From NCBI RefSeq assembly GCF_000485595.1, contig NW_014577061.1, positions 165,596 through 209,762 on the forward strand: a stretch of 44,167 nucleotides of DNA, written 5' to 3'. Numbering within the stretch: the stretch's first letter is position 1; each line of letters begins with the position of its first letter. This document shows positions 12,807 through 25,690 of this stretch, one piece after another. The translations under genes were made by a program, and so were the position numbers. Below the pieces are notes generated by a model. That model was given only the letters and a program-made list of their open reading frames with translations. It ran no database searches and was not told where the DNA came from. The stretch is from Priapulus caudatus. Lineage: Eukaryota.

Positions 12807-13690
12807 CATTCACAGTACATAATTATGCGCACGTACACATTCACATTACGCACGCGCACGTACACATTCACAGTACATACGCGCACGTTACGTACACATT
12901 CACAGTACATACGCGCACGTACACATTCACAGTAACCATACCGCCGCAAGTACCACATTCACAGTTACATACGCGCAACGTACACGATTCACAGTACATA
13001 CGCGCACGTTACGTACCATTCACAGTACATACGCGCACGTTGCACACTTCACGCGATACGTACGCGCACGTACCAGCATTCACAGTACGATACCGCACGT
13101 ACCATCATTTTACGAGTAGCATACGCGCACGTTACGTAACACATTCACAGTACATTACGCGGCACCCCGTACACATTAACAGTAATACGCGCACGTACAC
13201 ATTCACCCAGTACATCCCGCGCACCGTACACATCACGTACATACGCGCCGTACACAATTCACAGTTACAACGCGCACGTTACGTACACATTCACAGTACA
13301 TACGCGCACGTACACATTCACAGTACATACGCGCACGTACACATTCACAGTACATACGCGCACGCACGAATTCACAGTACATACGCGCACCGTTAGTACA
13401 CGATTCACAGTACATACGCGCACGTTACGTACACATTCACAGTACATACGCGCACGTTACGTACACATTCACGTACATCACCTGCACGTACAACATTCAC
13501 AGTACATACCGGTCCTCTATGTACACATCCTCCACCAGGTACATACGCGCATGGTACCTATTCACCAGTACATACGGCGCACGTTACGTACACATTCACA
13601 GTACATACGGCGCACGTACAATTCACAGCTCATACGCGCCGTACACATTCACAGTACAGCTACGCGCCACCGTTACGTACACAGTAGGCC
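12807..13690. repeat. ~27-bp minisatellite (ACGTACACATTCACAGTACATACGCGC), indel-rich
   Basis: Direct reading; the first unit starts at ~12380 and is split by the MITE. Confidence 0.92.
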
Positions 13691-14074
13691 TACATTACGG
13701 CATGCAGGCGCATGCATATACACCGCACACGCGCACGTCACAACACGCACGGACACAGACACAACAGGCTAGATGCATAAAACATCGTTTATTTTAGATA
13801 GTCTGCACATCTTCTGCCTAGTTTGTTGGACTACTAGAGATAGTAGATAAACTTGAAGGCGCGAATCGTCTTCAGTCGAAATTTATTATGTGATTTTCAC
13901 GCATTACTTTTGTTTAACGCATCGGTCGGGGCATCATAATTAGTATCGCTGTGAAATTCGCTATGGTTGCTACATCAGTCGCACGCGTGCGTCTCTTCAA
14001 CACTAAACCGCAAATGTATGCCGTTATTACGATAAATCCGGTTTATTATAATATTATAATAATGTATATTTTAG

Positions 14075-14244
14075 ATGACGAACCAAAGTCAACGCTACGA
14101 AAGTAGGCAGCAGCACCGTGGCGCTACTTGGTGAACCCGAAACAAGACATTGCCAGCTTCGTAGAGAGTTTACATCATGATGCAAGTGTTAGCAAATCCA
14201 AGCACACTTTCCACTTACTTGCTAATGGGGTTGCGATGATGGAA
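14075..14244 (+). CDS. F-BAR protein exon (MTNQSQRYE...LVNPKQDIASFVESLHHDASVSKSKHTFHLLANGVAMME), internal frameshift
   Basis: Acceptor tattttag, donor GAA|gtaagc. It is 170 nt between phase-0 neighbours, so an indel lies near 14100-14130. V.P..D...F fits the end of an F-BAR domain. Confidence 0.72.
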
Positions 14245-14436
14245 GTAAGCGATGTACTATCAGATCGCGTTTAAGTAACAATATGGAATTGGAAAACGCA
14301 TGGTAACGTGCGTGTTTTATAACCACGCATGAGCTGTAAATATTATTTCTTTATTTAATTATTTATTAATATTTATTATTTTTTTTTATTATTATTATTA
14401 TATTATAGTTATTATTATTGATTATATCATTATTAT

Positions 14437-16056
14437 TTCAAAGTGGAATCACGGCATTAGCCGGTGGCTCTTATCCGTCCCAACTAATAGGGATCAATCC
14501 AGAATTTTCGCGAGGATGTGTGCTGTTCCCAGTAGTGCGATTTTCTGCACTTCTTGGGCAGTGTGTTGGCCAGGGAGTTCCTTAAGTTCTTCTCAAACCA
14601 TTCTTTTAGTAGAGCCAATGGGCTCCAACCACCACTGGTTCCAATTTCTCGTCTTTTATTTCCACATCCTCCGTATTTCAATCTTCAGATCTTGTACTTG
14701 GTGAGTTTGTCCCTTTGCCTTCACCATAATGTTAGGTAGGTCATCTGGGTTACGGGGCTTAGGGCGGTCGAAGGTCATATCAGCATCGTTTTTTCTTCTG
14801 TTGTGAGCACTAGATCGGGCGCGTTTGCAGGTATCGTGCGAGTCCTGATGCACCGCCAGATCCCACATATTTGTGTGTTAGTATCTCCTTAGGTTGGTAA
14901 CTGTCTCTCCGGTATGTTCATACAGGTGTCAGTATCTTGTCCACCCAAATTTCACTCAGATTTGACCAGGTGCAGATAGCTTGGTGACTTGTTTATGGCG
15001 AATTTATGTTACTCGGTTGGGGCTAGCACTGTGCATCGCAGATGATGTGTGGCTGATAGTCTCCTCTGCTTTGCCTGCACATTCTTGCACTTTGATTGAC
15101 CTGTGCTGAGGAGTTGCGTTGTGATTGTATCTTGGTGGTGAGTGCTTGGTCTTGACGCCAGATGATATCAGGCTTTCGTGTCTCGCGTCCGTTGAGCCCG
15201 GAACTACTGAGCCAGCAAAGCTTGCAGTCTTGTGGCAAATATGGCCTGTCGGAGGCTGTCTTGTAGAATCTTCCTGCTCAAAGGCTTGTTCTTCAATACT
15301 CATCTTCTCTCTTCTAATTTGGTCTTCAGTCTCTGCCTTTGTTGAGGACTGGCTGGCGGGACTGGGACACAAGTACTTGGCTTTGAATTTCTTTTAGCCT
15401 CGCGTAAGAGAGGTGCTTGATATTCCAGTACTATGAATTTTGATAGTTTGTAATTTGTTTCCTTAGCTCGATGTAGTCGCTAGACCTACAATGGCGTGTT
15501 GTCGCAGACATCAGTTCAAATGAGACCACGACCCACCATTTGTTGCCTCCTTGATTACAGTCGCTCTAATCTGTTTTGACGGTGATGGCAGACCTTGACA
15601 TGGTTAGTAGCTTTCTTTGATCTTGCGATCCATCCTTTCGATATCTGTCGCACCAGTTGTATCACCCCGAAGCTGTACACGGGGACTTGGGAGTGACCAG
15701 GCTTGATCGCGTATCTTGTTTTTTAGCAGAGCTCCGACTTGAGAACTAGGCGACCTGCGGCGATAGTACTCCTTAAGCAATGTTCTTCCTTCATCCTTTT
15801 GCATGCTGAATACCATCACTTTCGTCTACATCCAGATATTTGTAGGTGTCTTCGTTGGTTAAAGACTTTGTGCTGTTTGTCACTAAGCTCAATTTCTCTT
15901 TTATACTAAGCTTACACCTTTTAAGAACTGCGGTTGCCACTTTTCCAACAAATCCATTTTGATGTCATCACTGAGCTTATACTGCCTCATCAGGGGCCTG
16001 CTCCAATACTAATATTCGTTCGGTGGTGAACAGTTTTAGAGGCATCCATTTTATCG
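14437..16056 (-). mobile_element. 5'-truncated, decayed R4/Dong-clade (RLE-type) non-LTR retrotransposon
   Basis: Minus-strand frameshifted motifs in order: MD.LKLF (YMDD region, ~16025-16049), EDTYKYL, KEYYRR..KNKI, DIERMDRKIK, QDQALTTK, a CCHC-like C..MC..ETISH knuckle, ANAPDLV, DLKIEIRRMWK, EVQKIALLGTAHILAKILD-stop (14494). Flanked by (TTA)n on both sides. Confidence 0.85.
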
Positions 16057-16094
<38 letters not shown>

Positions 16095-16200
16095 CGGTGT
16101 TGTTGTTGGAAGAGTGGTGATGAAAAAGGCAGCAGTTACAGCGGCGGCAGCAGTGACAACAGCTAGTGCCTATTCTAACGCTTTCGCGTGATTGTTTAAG

Positions 16201-16352
16201 GATTTGCTAAAGAACGAATTGGTGGCGAGCAAATCTGCCGATGTACATATCAATCAGCGCTACCTGGTGTTGAGGCAGCAGGAGACCGAACTAGAGGGTT
16301 TAGTGCGATATACACAGGAGACGCTGCATTCGCTCGTTGGGTTACAGCAAAG
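16201..16352 (+). CDS. Coiled-coil exon after the F-BAR (DLLKNELVASKSADVHINQRYLVLRQQETELEGLVRYTQETLHSLVGLQQR)
   Basis: Acceptor ttgtttaag, donor AAG|gtaagt; 152 nt, phase 0-2, open frame with heptad-like leucines. Confidence 0.85.
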
Positions 16353-17714
16353 GTAAGTTTAAACCCAGTATTAACACACAGCCATATTCCGCACCTATAT
16401 AGCATAATTATCTCGATACCAAACTAGGCAAAATGTACATCCGTATACTTGCCCTGATTTATGCCACTTTATTGTTAATTACCATATTAGCAGACTGCTA
16501 TAGTAAAAGAAGAAGCTAGGATAGAACAGAAGCTAGTAAAACAGTTTATTTACTGTGAACGCCGTGCTTCCATACATAAGAATAGAAATGGATTGTGCAA
16601 TACACAGATCTATTGATTAAATGCAAATTTGAGGCTGATGCGTCAGATTCTCGTGATTCAGCGTTCCACACACCGTTCTTGTAAAAGGCTTTGTGCGACA
16701 TCCATATCTGGAGATAATTATATGCGTAAAATATTTTTTCCTATTTTACCGAAAAACGTACTGATCCTTGTTAAATTCTTATACTTGAATTTGATCGCGA
16801 CATTAGGTGTGGTGTCTGCATGCTCAAAACCGGTCTGGTTTTGCGCTCTGTTCTTGCCGCGAGAGGCGCTAATGTCGACGGCTTCTGACGTCAGCGGTGG
16901 CAACATTCAGTCATGCAGCTATGAATTGTGTTAAAATTGCATTTCTGCGCACACTGAGTCGAAAAATCTCACTGTATATTGGATTATTATAATGCAAAAT
17001 GTTGTATAATGTGTTTTATTGCACTTTGATATGCATATATTTGATTCCATTTGTGTGCGAAAATCCCGCATAATGAAAAAAACGCATATGAAATTGCTCA
17101 CTTCTCGGTCTAGCGGACCAATTAAAATCACGTGAAATAGAAATACACGCGGTTATCCGCATTTTTGACACGCATAATATAAAAGACATAATGTCAATCT
17201 AATTTGTAGTAATAGCCGTGTATTTTTGCACATGGGTCTACGTTGAAGTATGACACTATATTCGTCAGACGAGAAGTCACTGTTTGCCAAATAGTAATTA
17301 ACCGCGTGTAGATATACAATCCAGACGCTCGCTGATAATTATCCGGTGTTGGCGACATGCCGACGTGCAAAATATGAAGCGCGCGCTTTCTTCATTTACG
17401 TAGATATCTTTGGATGGATACGACGTACTACAGACAATGTTTGTTTGACCTTGAGCGCGCTAACAAATCCCTCTCCGCGACTAAAACGAATATTTATCCA
17501 GGCAGTGTTCATACGAAAATGCGTTTTCTTGTCGGTATCTCACTAAGTGCGATGAAAACTGATCTTCGGGGTTCAGATGACCAATTATCAACCGGCAAAA
17601 ACCTGTTTTAAATCACACCGAGTCTGGGACAGATTTCCGAAAAATCTGGGTCAGCTTTGCGGTGTTTGATACCCTGCGGTTCAGCTGTGTGTCTATAATA
17701 GAGGCGATGTGGAC

Positions 17715-18162
17715 CACGGGCACTTGGGACAGAGTCAGTAAAAACTGAAAACAATATTGAACGCACATTCACAAATACTACCGTACCTTTCAATTACAGT
17801 TTCACTGTTGTGTCACTGTATATAAACTTTCCTTCACAAAAACTAACGCCGAACGCTCCCGCACTCGCCGCTGCGAGTGTGCTGTGTTGCCATGAGAATG
17901 ATAATATGTATATCAAGATTATATATTATATTTTATTGTATAGATTATATAAGATTACACTTTATATATATATTATCATTATCATGGCGACACAGCACAC
18001 TCGCAGCGACGAGTGCGGGGGCGTTCGGCGTTAGTTTTTATGAAGGAAAGTTGATATACAGTGACACAATAGTGGAACTGTAATTGAGAGGTACGGTAGT
18101 ATTTGTGAATGTGCGTTCAATATTATTTTCAGTTTTTACTGACTCTGTCCCAAGTGCCTGTG
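17715..18162. mobile_element. 448-bp foldback MITE, ~195-bp TIRs
   Basis: CACGGGCACTTGGGACAG.../...CTGTCCCAAGTGCCTGTG; perfect 8-bp TSD ATGTGGAC at 17707-17714 and 18163-18170; AT-rich spacer. Confidence 0.92.
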
Positions 18163-20324
18163 ATGTGGACGGTTTCCGAGAAACCCGCTGTGCTGTTGGT
18201 TATACGCGCACGGTCCCTGATTCCTATACGCATCCCATTAGAAACAGCAATAGGATTCTAGAATTCTAGAATTCTATTACTTTTGTGAATATATTAATAA
18301 ATTATTTGTAATTTGTAATTCTATACATTTTTGGAAAATGATTCTGTTACGTGTACTAACTCGGAGAAAAACTTTTTAACCTTTGTCTTTGACATTTCGT
18401 CTTCTATGTTTTATCGCATCATCGCAGCAGTCCAGATACAAAATAATTAATTGAAAAATAATCGAATAAAGTTCAGTATCTTGCTGGTTCAGCTATGCTC
18501 AGGGGAGTTTCGGTTAATTCTCAGTGGGAAACATTTTTCGTGGCTCAAAAAGTTGTGAAATAATAAAACTGAGAGTGAAAATCCAAATATCATCTTATGC
18601 ATTAGCTGACTTAACAAATCCTGTCACTTTAACCGTTGGAGTTCTATTTAGCTGTAATTAATTAAATGAGGCTGGCTGGTCTTTTGGTTGTATTTTTCAC
18701 TTCTTGTTGCCACATTTTGCCTTCACAAAAACGCATGTATGTCTAACGCTAAATATAGTAACCCGAATAATCATATGAAATGTGATATTATAATTGTGGA
18801 AGTTGTTCACACTGCTAGTACACCGAATTCCTGAACTTCTCTTGACATAGATATAGTGTCAATTTATCAGCGCCACCTGTTAGCGGTACAGCGTCGCTTG
18901 TGGTAGAGCAAACATTACACTCTGTCACTAATTAATTTTAATTTAATTTAAATTTTAGTTTTTAATTGCACTAAGTCTTAATGCCACTCTTAATGCGGTT
19001 TTAATTGCACAAACCCAAAACAAATTGCCAAACTGATATTCTCACATGTCTATGCTGATACGTCTAATGCAACGATTTAATGAGGCGAGATGTGAGAAAG
19101 CAAAAATTTTAGTGGATATAGATACTTTTACTAGAATAGTTGGTCTTATAAATTACACTGAGTGACAGTGCATGTGAGTGCTTTAGAATGCGAATACGCT
19201 TTCACCGATATCTGTTCAGTAAATGCAATTTAAATTATTAACTGTAAAATGGTACATATATGAGAAGTATATCACGCATCAACATTGCATCCGACAATAT
19301 ATACCTGTATACCAGTATACCAGTACATATATATATATATATATACATACATATTAAGTACAATTTCTATGTTGTGATAAATTTCAATAAAATAACGACA
19401 CCACAGCGGATATACCTTACAGTGCACTAGACTATGCCATTAATTCATATTCTACGCTTGACTATACGTATTATGCCGTCTGATCCACGATTGTTCAATC
19501 TGTGTACTCTATATGTAGCTGGCTCGTACGAAGCCCTGTGATGTGCTTACATATATATAGAGAGAGAGAGAGAAGTCGACACTTCATTGTAACACGGGCT
19601 TGATGGATCTGTTTGATCTGTGCTCGTGAATCGGGGTAGCTACATGGCATAGCCTGCATTCTCAGATTACACCCATATTTGCCGTATTACCTACCATCTG
19701 CGCAGCCCTCACGCAGCTGCGCTGTGGCACGAATTTCTAGATCCCGTGTTGTGTCTATATCCATGAGTCCATGAATTAGGATATACACCGCATCAGTTCA
19801 GGCCCGAGACGTCGTTACACACGCACTGTGAATCTAGAATAAACCAAAACTGCTCAGAGAAGAAATAACGCTGTAGAAATAATATAATTGCCCGCCTTGT
19901 ACTCTTTAATCATTTTCACGATTTATTAGTATCGCGATTGATTACAGAAGTATTAAAATTCGTTTTTACTCAAAGCATGACTTATGGCGCTGCACAAGTA
20001 CAGTTAGTACTAAAAGAATAATATACCCTTTCCAAAACAGAGTTTACCGCAATGGGCTGCTTTTGTTTGAAATTGAGACAGCCAGTACTCGGTTTCACGC
20101 TAATGTTTTCCGTTGCGAGCAAGACATTTGCTCGGGCGTTACCAGGCAGCATTTTTTTGCTACAACCAAGACCGAGTTTAAGTATTATCGCGTCGAACGT
20201 CCAAGAGAAACATCGCCTAATGCGTAAATTTTGTGAGTTTTCACGCATCATTACCCACGTATATGCATCGCTTTCATTATTCAGTTAAACCTCCATCGAA
20301 GATGGCTTAATAATTTAGTAATAA

Positions 20325-20367
20325 CAGGAGTTAATAAAGACAAATTATTTGTCTTTATTAGCTCCTG
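20325..20367. mobile_element. P/Galileo-like footprint (43 bp)
   Basis: CAGGAGTTAATAAAGAC / GTCTTTATTAGCTCCTG; perfect 7-bp TSD GTAATAA. Confidence 0.8.
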
Positions 20368-21035
20368 GTAATAACTAAGTTACTTAACGGCAGGTTTAGC
20401 GTTAAGTACGGTTATGGCCGCCGCATGTGCGTTTAATGGAAAGTTTCCGATTTATTATTCTATAATATGCTCTATAAATGCCCCAGATGAACGCGAATTT
20501 GCCCAGCGTAGGTAATGGCACATGGAGGAAGTAGGTGCATTATCACCTCTACAGCACAGAAGTCAGTCTACGTAAACGCCTGCAATGTTTACTGTGATGT
20601 TTTTACTTTGCTAAGAAGCTACCGAATACTGCTCAAAAAGATCCGCGTTCTAATAATAGGCTTGAAACGGTTTTCATAGGAGTGGTGATGTTGCAGCAGG
20701 GTATAACGTAAATTCGCATAAGCAGCGATAAAACCATTTCATATGCGTGCGTGCATGTATATTGGCCTACAATAATATGCGATACTATGTTTCTATGCAT
20801 CTTGGCACTGTAGCCAGATGAGCTTAGCGAAAACTTTGTTGTAAATATAGGTGCCACGTCTGTGCCGAAAATGGTTTCACGAATAGGTGGCATGAATTTA
20901 TGCCAAAAGTAATCAATTATACTAGTTTTAAATTATTTCAGTGCCGGCCGGGCTAGGGTCTCTCAAGAAATAATAACTATGAAGTGATTAGGAGTCGAGA
21001 AATTATCATGTTCGTTCTGTGCATGCATCCCTGCT

Positions 21036-21040
<5 letters not shown>

Positions 21041-21101
<61 letters not shown>

Positions 21102-21215
21102 TCTCTTCTCTCTTAACTGTAGCCCTAACTTCCATCTTAACACTAGCCCTACCACTACCGCTAACCCTAACGCTAACTCTAACCTTAACGCTAACCCTAA
21201 ACCCAACTCTAAGCC
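21041..21215. repeat. (CT)n followed by degenerate CCCTAA-like hexamers
   Basis: Direct reading. Confidence 0.8.
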
Positions 21216-22667
21216 TATGACAACACAAGGCAAACAACGATGATGAATACAGATTAAGACCAACCCACCGTCCTACGTTCTTTTGATGGGTTATTGGCAT
21301 TTGCTATCTCATACATACCTGCTATCTGGTCACGAAATAGACCAAGAGTAGAACCAAAAGATGTGGTTGTGAAAACAAAATTAATATTAATTGTTGTCTG
21401 CTCCGGTGGATGTGTTCGTGCAAAATCACTTGATAGAAGCCAGATAACTCTAACTCTAACCAATGTTTCCTACCCACTACAACGAGGATTGAACAACCAC
21501 AAATATAGGAATCACAGGCCTTTCAAGTACTGTAAAAACTGTATTCACATACATTTTTGTTCAACCGGCTCAGGCGTTTGTAATCACCAAAGTTTCTAGT
21601 TAAACTACCGACATTTATTATCCTGACATTAATTATCCGACATTTATTATCTTGAGGGTTTTATATATGCGCGAAGAAAATGGCGCTCGCGTGTATGCAA
21701 CCCGTTTTAAAGCTTGAAAACTAGCACAACGTGTGCTAAAACACTGTAGTCCCCCAACCCTTCTTCAACCGTCTGGAACAGACTAGCTGAAGACGTTCAC
21801 GTTGTCAGATTTCATCGGTTAAAAGAAATTTCAACGTATTTTCTTACACAACTCAACAGTTTCAATTTCGAGAACAATCGAGTTCAAACTCACTGCGTAA
21901 TATAATGAGTCCAGCATTAATTTTACTAGACGCATCTGCTTTCATTTTAAATAAAACCCTACTGACGCTTTTTTGCTCGTTGTAACCAAATCTACGCAGA
22001 ATAACAACGGATCTGGGCCTCGAAGCCCGCGCAGGAGTTTCACTCCGAATGTCATAGAACCCCCTGGAGATTTTCAGCAAACCGTTATCGATTCATGCAA
22101 CTCATTACGAATGGAATGCCGCTTCAGGGAATAGTCATTTTGAGTTGTATCTTTTCAGTTGCAACGTTGCCAGCTGAGCAGTGGGTGATGAAAACTAAAC
22201 TCGTTGTGAAATTGTAAATAATTTATAGCATATATATATATATATATATGGGGACGTGTGTGCGCATATGTATGTGTTAGTGAGTGTGCACACGTGTGCG
22301 TGTGTGTCAATGAGAATGCTTGCGTGCGTGTCTGCATGTGTGTGCGTGCGTGAGGGAGTGCGCGTGTGTGATGATGATACGGTCACATGAAAATTAAACA
22401 AATACACAGACGCTCAGGCAAACAGCCACCCACCCAAACACACACGCACACGCACACAACAGAACACAGCTAGCTTCCTTATTATGTTATTAGATAACAT
22501 CTAGGTAAAGAAAACGAATTGTCATTGGCTCGCAAATCTTAGGTATACCAATGTTTTCAGCTTCGCGGAACGAGCGTTGAATGTTAGAAATGATTTTTAA
22601 ATTATCGCGAAGAAGAATAATGCGGAGGTTAGTCAGGTGTTCTACGCGTTGGCGATCTCGTTGGTAT

Positions 22668-22860
22668 CAGGAGTGTCATAATATAGTCTATATATTATTA
22701 TTATTATTATATATGTTATAATATATATTATAGTATATATGTAATCAGGGGTGAATAATAATAGATCTAGTCTATTATTATTCATTCCTGATATAATATA
22801 TACATATATATATATATATATTATAGTATATTTATTAGAGTCTATATTATAACACTCCTG
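22668..22860. mobile_element. P/Galileo-like footprint (193 bp) containing a nested second unit at 22746-22790
   Basis: Outer CAGGAGTGTCATAATATAG / CTATATTATAACACTCCTG, TSD TTGGTAT perfect. Inner CAGGGGTGAATAATAATAGA / TCTATTATTATTCATTCCTG, TSD ATGTAAT/ATATAAT. Confidence 0.82.
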
Positions 22861-23297
22861 TTGGTATCATATCGGTCATCACAATATCGTCACGTTTCCT
22901 ATTAGGCAGTGCCTGGCCGCTTTATGGTGTTTGTGATTCGCCATATGTACTCTGTGTGGTGAAGCTGAAAGCTCTGGCGGCACCCAACCGCTAAAACTAT
23001 CCGGCTGTCAGAAATTAACACGTACTATTGACACCTTAAATAGAGGAGAAGAAGCGAATCGCTGGAGAACTTTCGGTGAACGTGCGGCCGTAGCTCTGAC
23101 AGTAGCTAGAGTGTTTGGGTAGAGTGCTTTACTTACGCTGATTGGCGGAGACTCGGTAACCGACTCTTCCAAGCAATTCGTTGCCGATGGGGAATCTGTT
23201 ATACTTCACCGGTTAAATTTCAGTAGCTACTGACTCTTCATGAATTGGTGGATTGCTCCACTGATAGATGAATTTGCTTTAGTTTAGTAGCGCTCAT

Positions 23298-23541
23298 AGG
23301 GTCTATGTCCCCCAGGGTACTGCCGGAACGTACCCTGGGTACGGTCCGGTATACCGGAACGTACCCTGGTCACTATTTGATATGGTTAGGGTTTAGGATT
23401 AGGCGTTAGGGCTTAGGGTTAGTTAGAGTAGAAGTACGGCCGACCTCCATAGACTCGTTAGTGGACGTAAGCGAGGTACGGTCCGGCATATTAGATAGTA
23501 CTAGGGTACGCTCCGGCAGTACCCCGGGGGACATAGACCCT
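23298..23541. mobile_element. MITE with ~39-bp TIRs and internal TTAGGG-like repeats
   Basis: AGGGTCTATGTCCCCCAGGGTACTGCCGGAACGTACCCT mirrored at 23503-23541 (2 mismatches); GGTTAGGGTTTAGGATTAGGCGTTAGGG inside; flanks CTCAT/CTCAG. Confidence 0.8.
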
Positions 23542-23643
23542 CTCAGCTTTATAGCACTATAACGGTGTGCTGCGCGTGTGGCTGATGTAAGAGAAAATCA
23601 ATTTTTTCTAAGCCCTCGCAGCGTAATCATCAGAGCGCATTCC

Positions 23644-24650
23644 GTGTGCGTGCGTATACGCATATGTATGTATTGCAGCGTGTGTATTGTATGTTCCTTA
23701 CAACGGCTATTTACGTGTGCGTGCGTATACGCCTATGTATGTATTGCAGCGTGTGTTATGGATTGTTTTTCTTCCTTACAACGTATTACGTGTGCGTGCG
23801 GTATTACGATATGTATGTATTGCAGCGTGGTATTGTATGTTCTTTCTCTATACAAGCGTATTACCGTAGTGCGTGTGTATACGCATATGTATGTATTGCG
23901 CAAGCGCTGTTATTGTAAGTTCTCACAGCGCATTCTATTCCGTGCGCGTGTACACGCCTATTGGTACTGTATTGAGCGTGTGTAATGTAAGTCCTTACAA
24001 CTATTACGTGTGCGTGGCGTATAGCATATGTATGTATTGCAGGTGTGTATTGCTAGTTTCTCCACAGCGCATTCTATTCCTGTGCGCGCGTATACGCTGA
24101 TGATGTATTGCAGCGTGTGTATTGTATGTTCCTTACAACGTATTACGTGTGCGTGCGTATACGCATATGTATGTATTGCAGCGTGTGTATTGTATGTTCC
24201 TTACAACGTATTACGTGTGCGTGCGTATACGCCTATGTATATATTGCAGCAGCGTGTGTATTGTAAGTTTCTCATAGCGTATTACGTGTGAATGAGTATA
24301 CGCCTATGTATACATTGCAACAGCGTGAGTATTGTAAGTTTCTCACAGCGCATTCTATTCCCTGTGCGCGTGTACACGCCTATGTATGTATTGCAGCGTG
24401 TGTAATGTAAGTTCCTTACAACGTATTACGTGTGAGTGCGTATACGCCTATGTGTGTATTGCAGCATCGTGTGTATTGTAAGTTTCTCACAGCGTATTAC
24501 GTGTGCGTTTGTGTAGACTTATGTACATATTGCTTATAGGAAAGCGTGTGTATTGTAAGTTCTTCACAGCGTATTCCACGTGCGTTTGTGTACACCCATG
24601 TATATGTAGCTTATGGGTAAGCGTGTATATTATAAGTTCCTCACAACGTG
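23644..24650. repeat. ~68-bp minisatellite, about 14 diverged copies
   Basis: Unit GTGTGCGTGCGTATACGCATATGTATGTATTGCAGCGTGTGTATTGTATGTTCCTTACAACGTATTAC. Confidence 0.92.
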
Positions 24651-25242
24651 TTCCCTTTCGTGGTTAAATCAAACATGCTCTGAAGAGTACGCGCTAACCA
24701 TGAGCAACATCTGCTGTACCGTCATCCGCTGACATTCATTCCTGATTGAAGATATGGAAGGTTAAAATGCCCCTCAGTGTAACTCATGTATAAAAAAAGG
24801 ATGTACGTGTTTTTTCGACCCCATCTCCCATTCCATACACGCAACATCCACCACTCTAGAGCTCTGCGCTGAGTCAAAGGGCTTTAATGGGATTCAATTT
24901 GCATGCTTGCGCTGGAGGCAGCGCGGCAATTTGTGAAAATGTTTGCTTTGTAGTGGAAATCCACTAGCTTTTGTGCAGTGTTTTATAGACTCCGGATTTA
25001 AATCAAATTATCGCTTACTTTGCGGACTTCAGCGCATTTGGTTTCGCGTTTGATTAAATTACTGTAAAAAAACTAAAGAAACAAAAAAAATTCTGTTATT
25101 GCAAGTAGGTCAATTGGCTCATTTGCAAAACTTGGCTTTTTAGCGCTTTGCTTGTTCGCAATTCATTTAATTTAATAATCACGTAAAGCCTTTGAAAAAT
25201 TCATCAAATAACGTACTCATATGGCGTAGTTAGTAGTAGTAT

Positions 25243-25282
25243 CAAGAGCGTATAAAGAAGCCATACGCTTTATACACTTTTG
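25243..25282. mobile_element. P/Galileo-like footprint (40 bp)
   Basis: CAAGAGCGTATAAAG / CTTTATACACTTTTG; perfect TSD GTAGTAT. Confidence 0.75.
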
Positions 25283-25655
25283 GTAGTATATATAGTACTC
25301 TACACGACGCCGTTTGAGTTGCGAAGTTCAGCATATTTTCCGAAAGCGATGTCGTTCTATTGTCATGCTCTCTGGTACATGGATAATCGATGCGCGGGCG
25401 GCTTTATTAGAGGTTGTGGAATGGAACGGCGCAGTATGCGTGCGTCGTGCGTCATGCGTGCGTGTGTGTGCGCGTGCGCGTGCGTGTGTGTGTGCGTGCG
25501 TGTTTGTGTACGTGCGTGTGGAGCCACGATGCGCCGCCTCACCGCAGCTTCCATACACAGCCGAGCAGACGCTGCAAGCATCATCAGCATTCCGTAAACA
25601 TTTACTCCTGCGGAGCCTCGCGTTGCCGGCTGTTCCCGCAATAACACCGCCTGTG

Positions 25656-25690
25656 TCAGTTGCTCGGTCGTCCGCGCGGCAGGCAGACTG
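25656..25690 (+). promoter_or_regulatory. Candidate internal core promoter (Inr + DPE-like)
   Basis: TCAGTT at 25656-25661 (A=+1 at 25658) and AGAC starting exactly at +28 (25685), in a CpG/GC-rich stretch. Confidence 0.35.

Noticed and set aside
18846..19765. Pairing of CATAGATATAG with CTATATCCATG as one P-like element
   Set aside because: No target-site duplication and only an 11-bp imperfect match.
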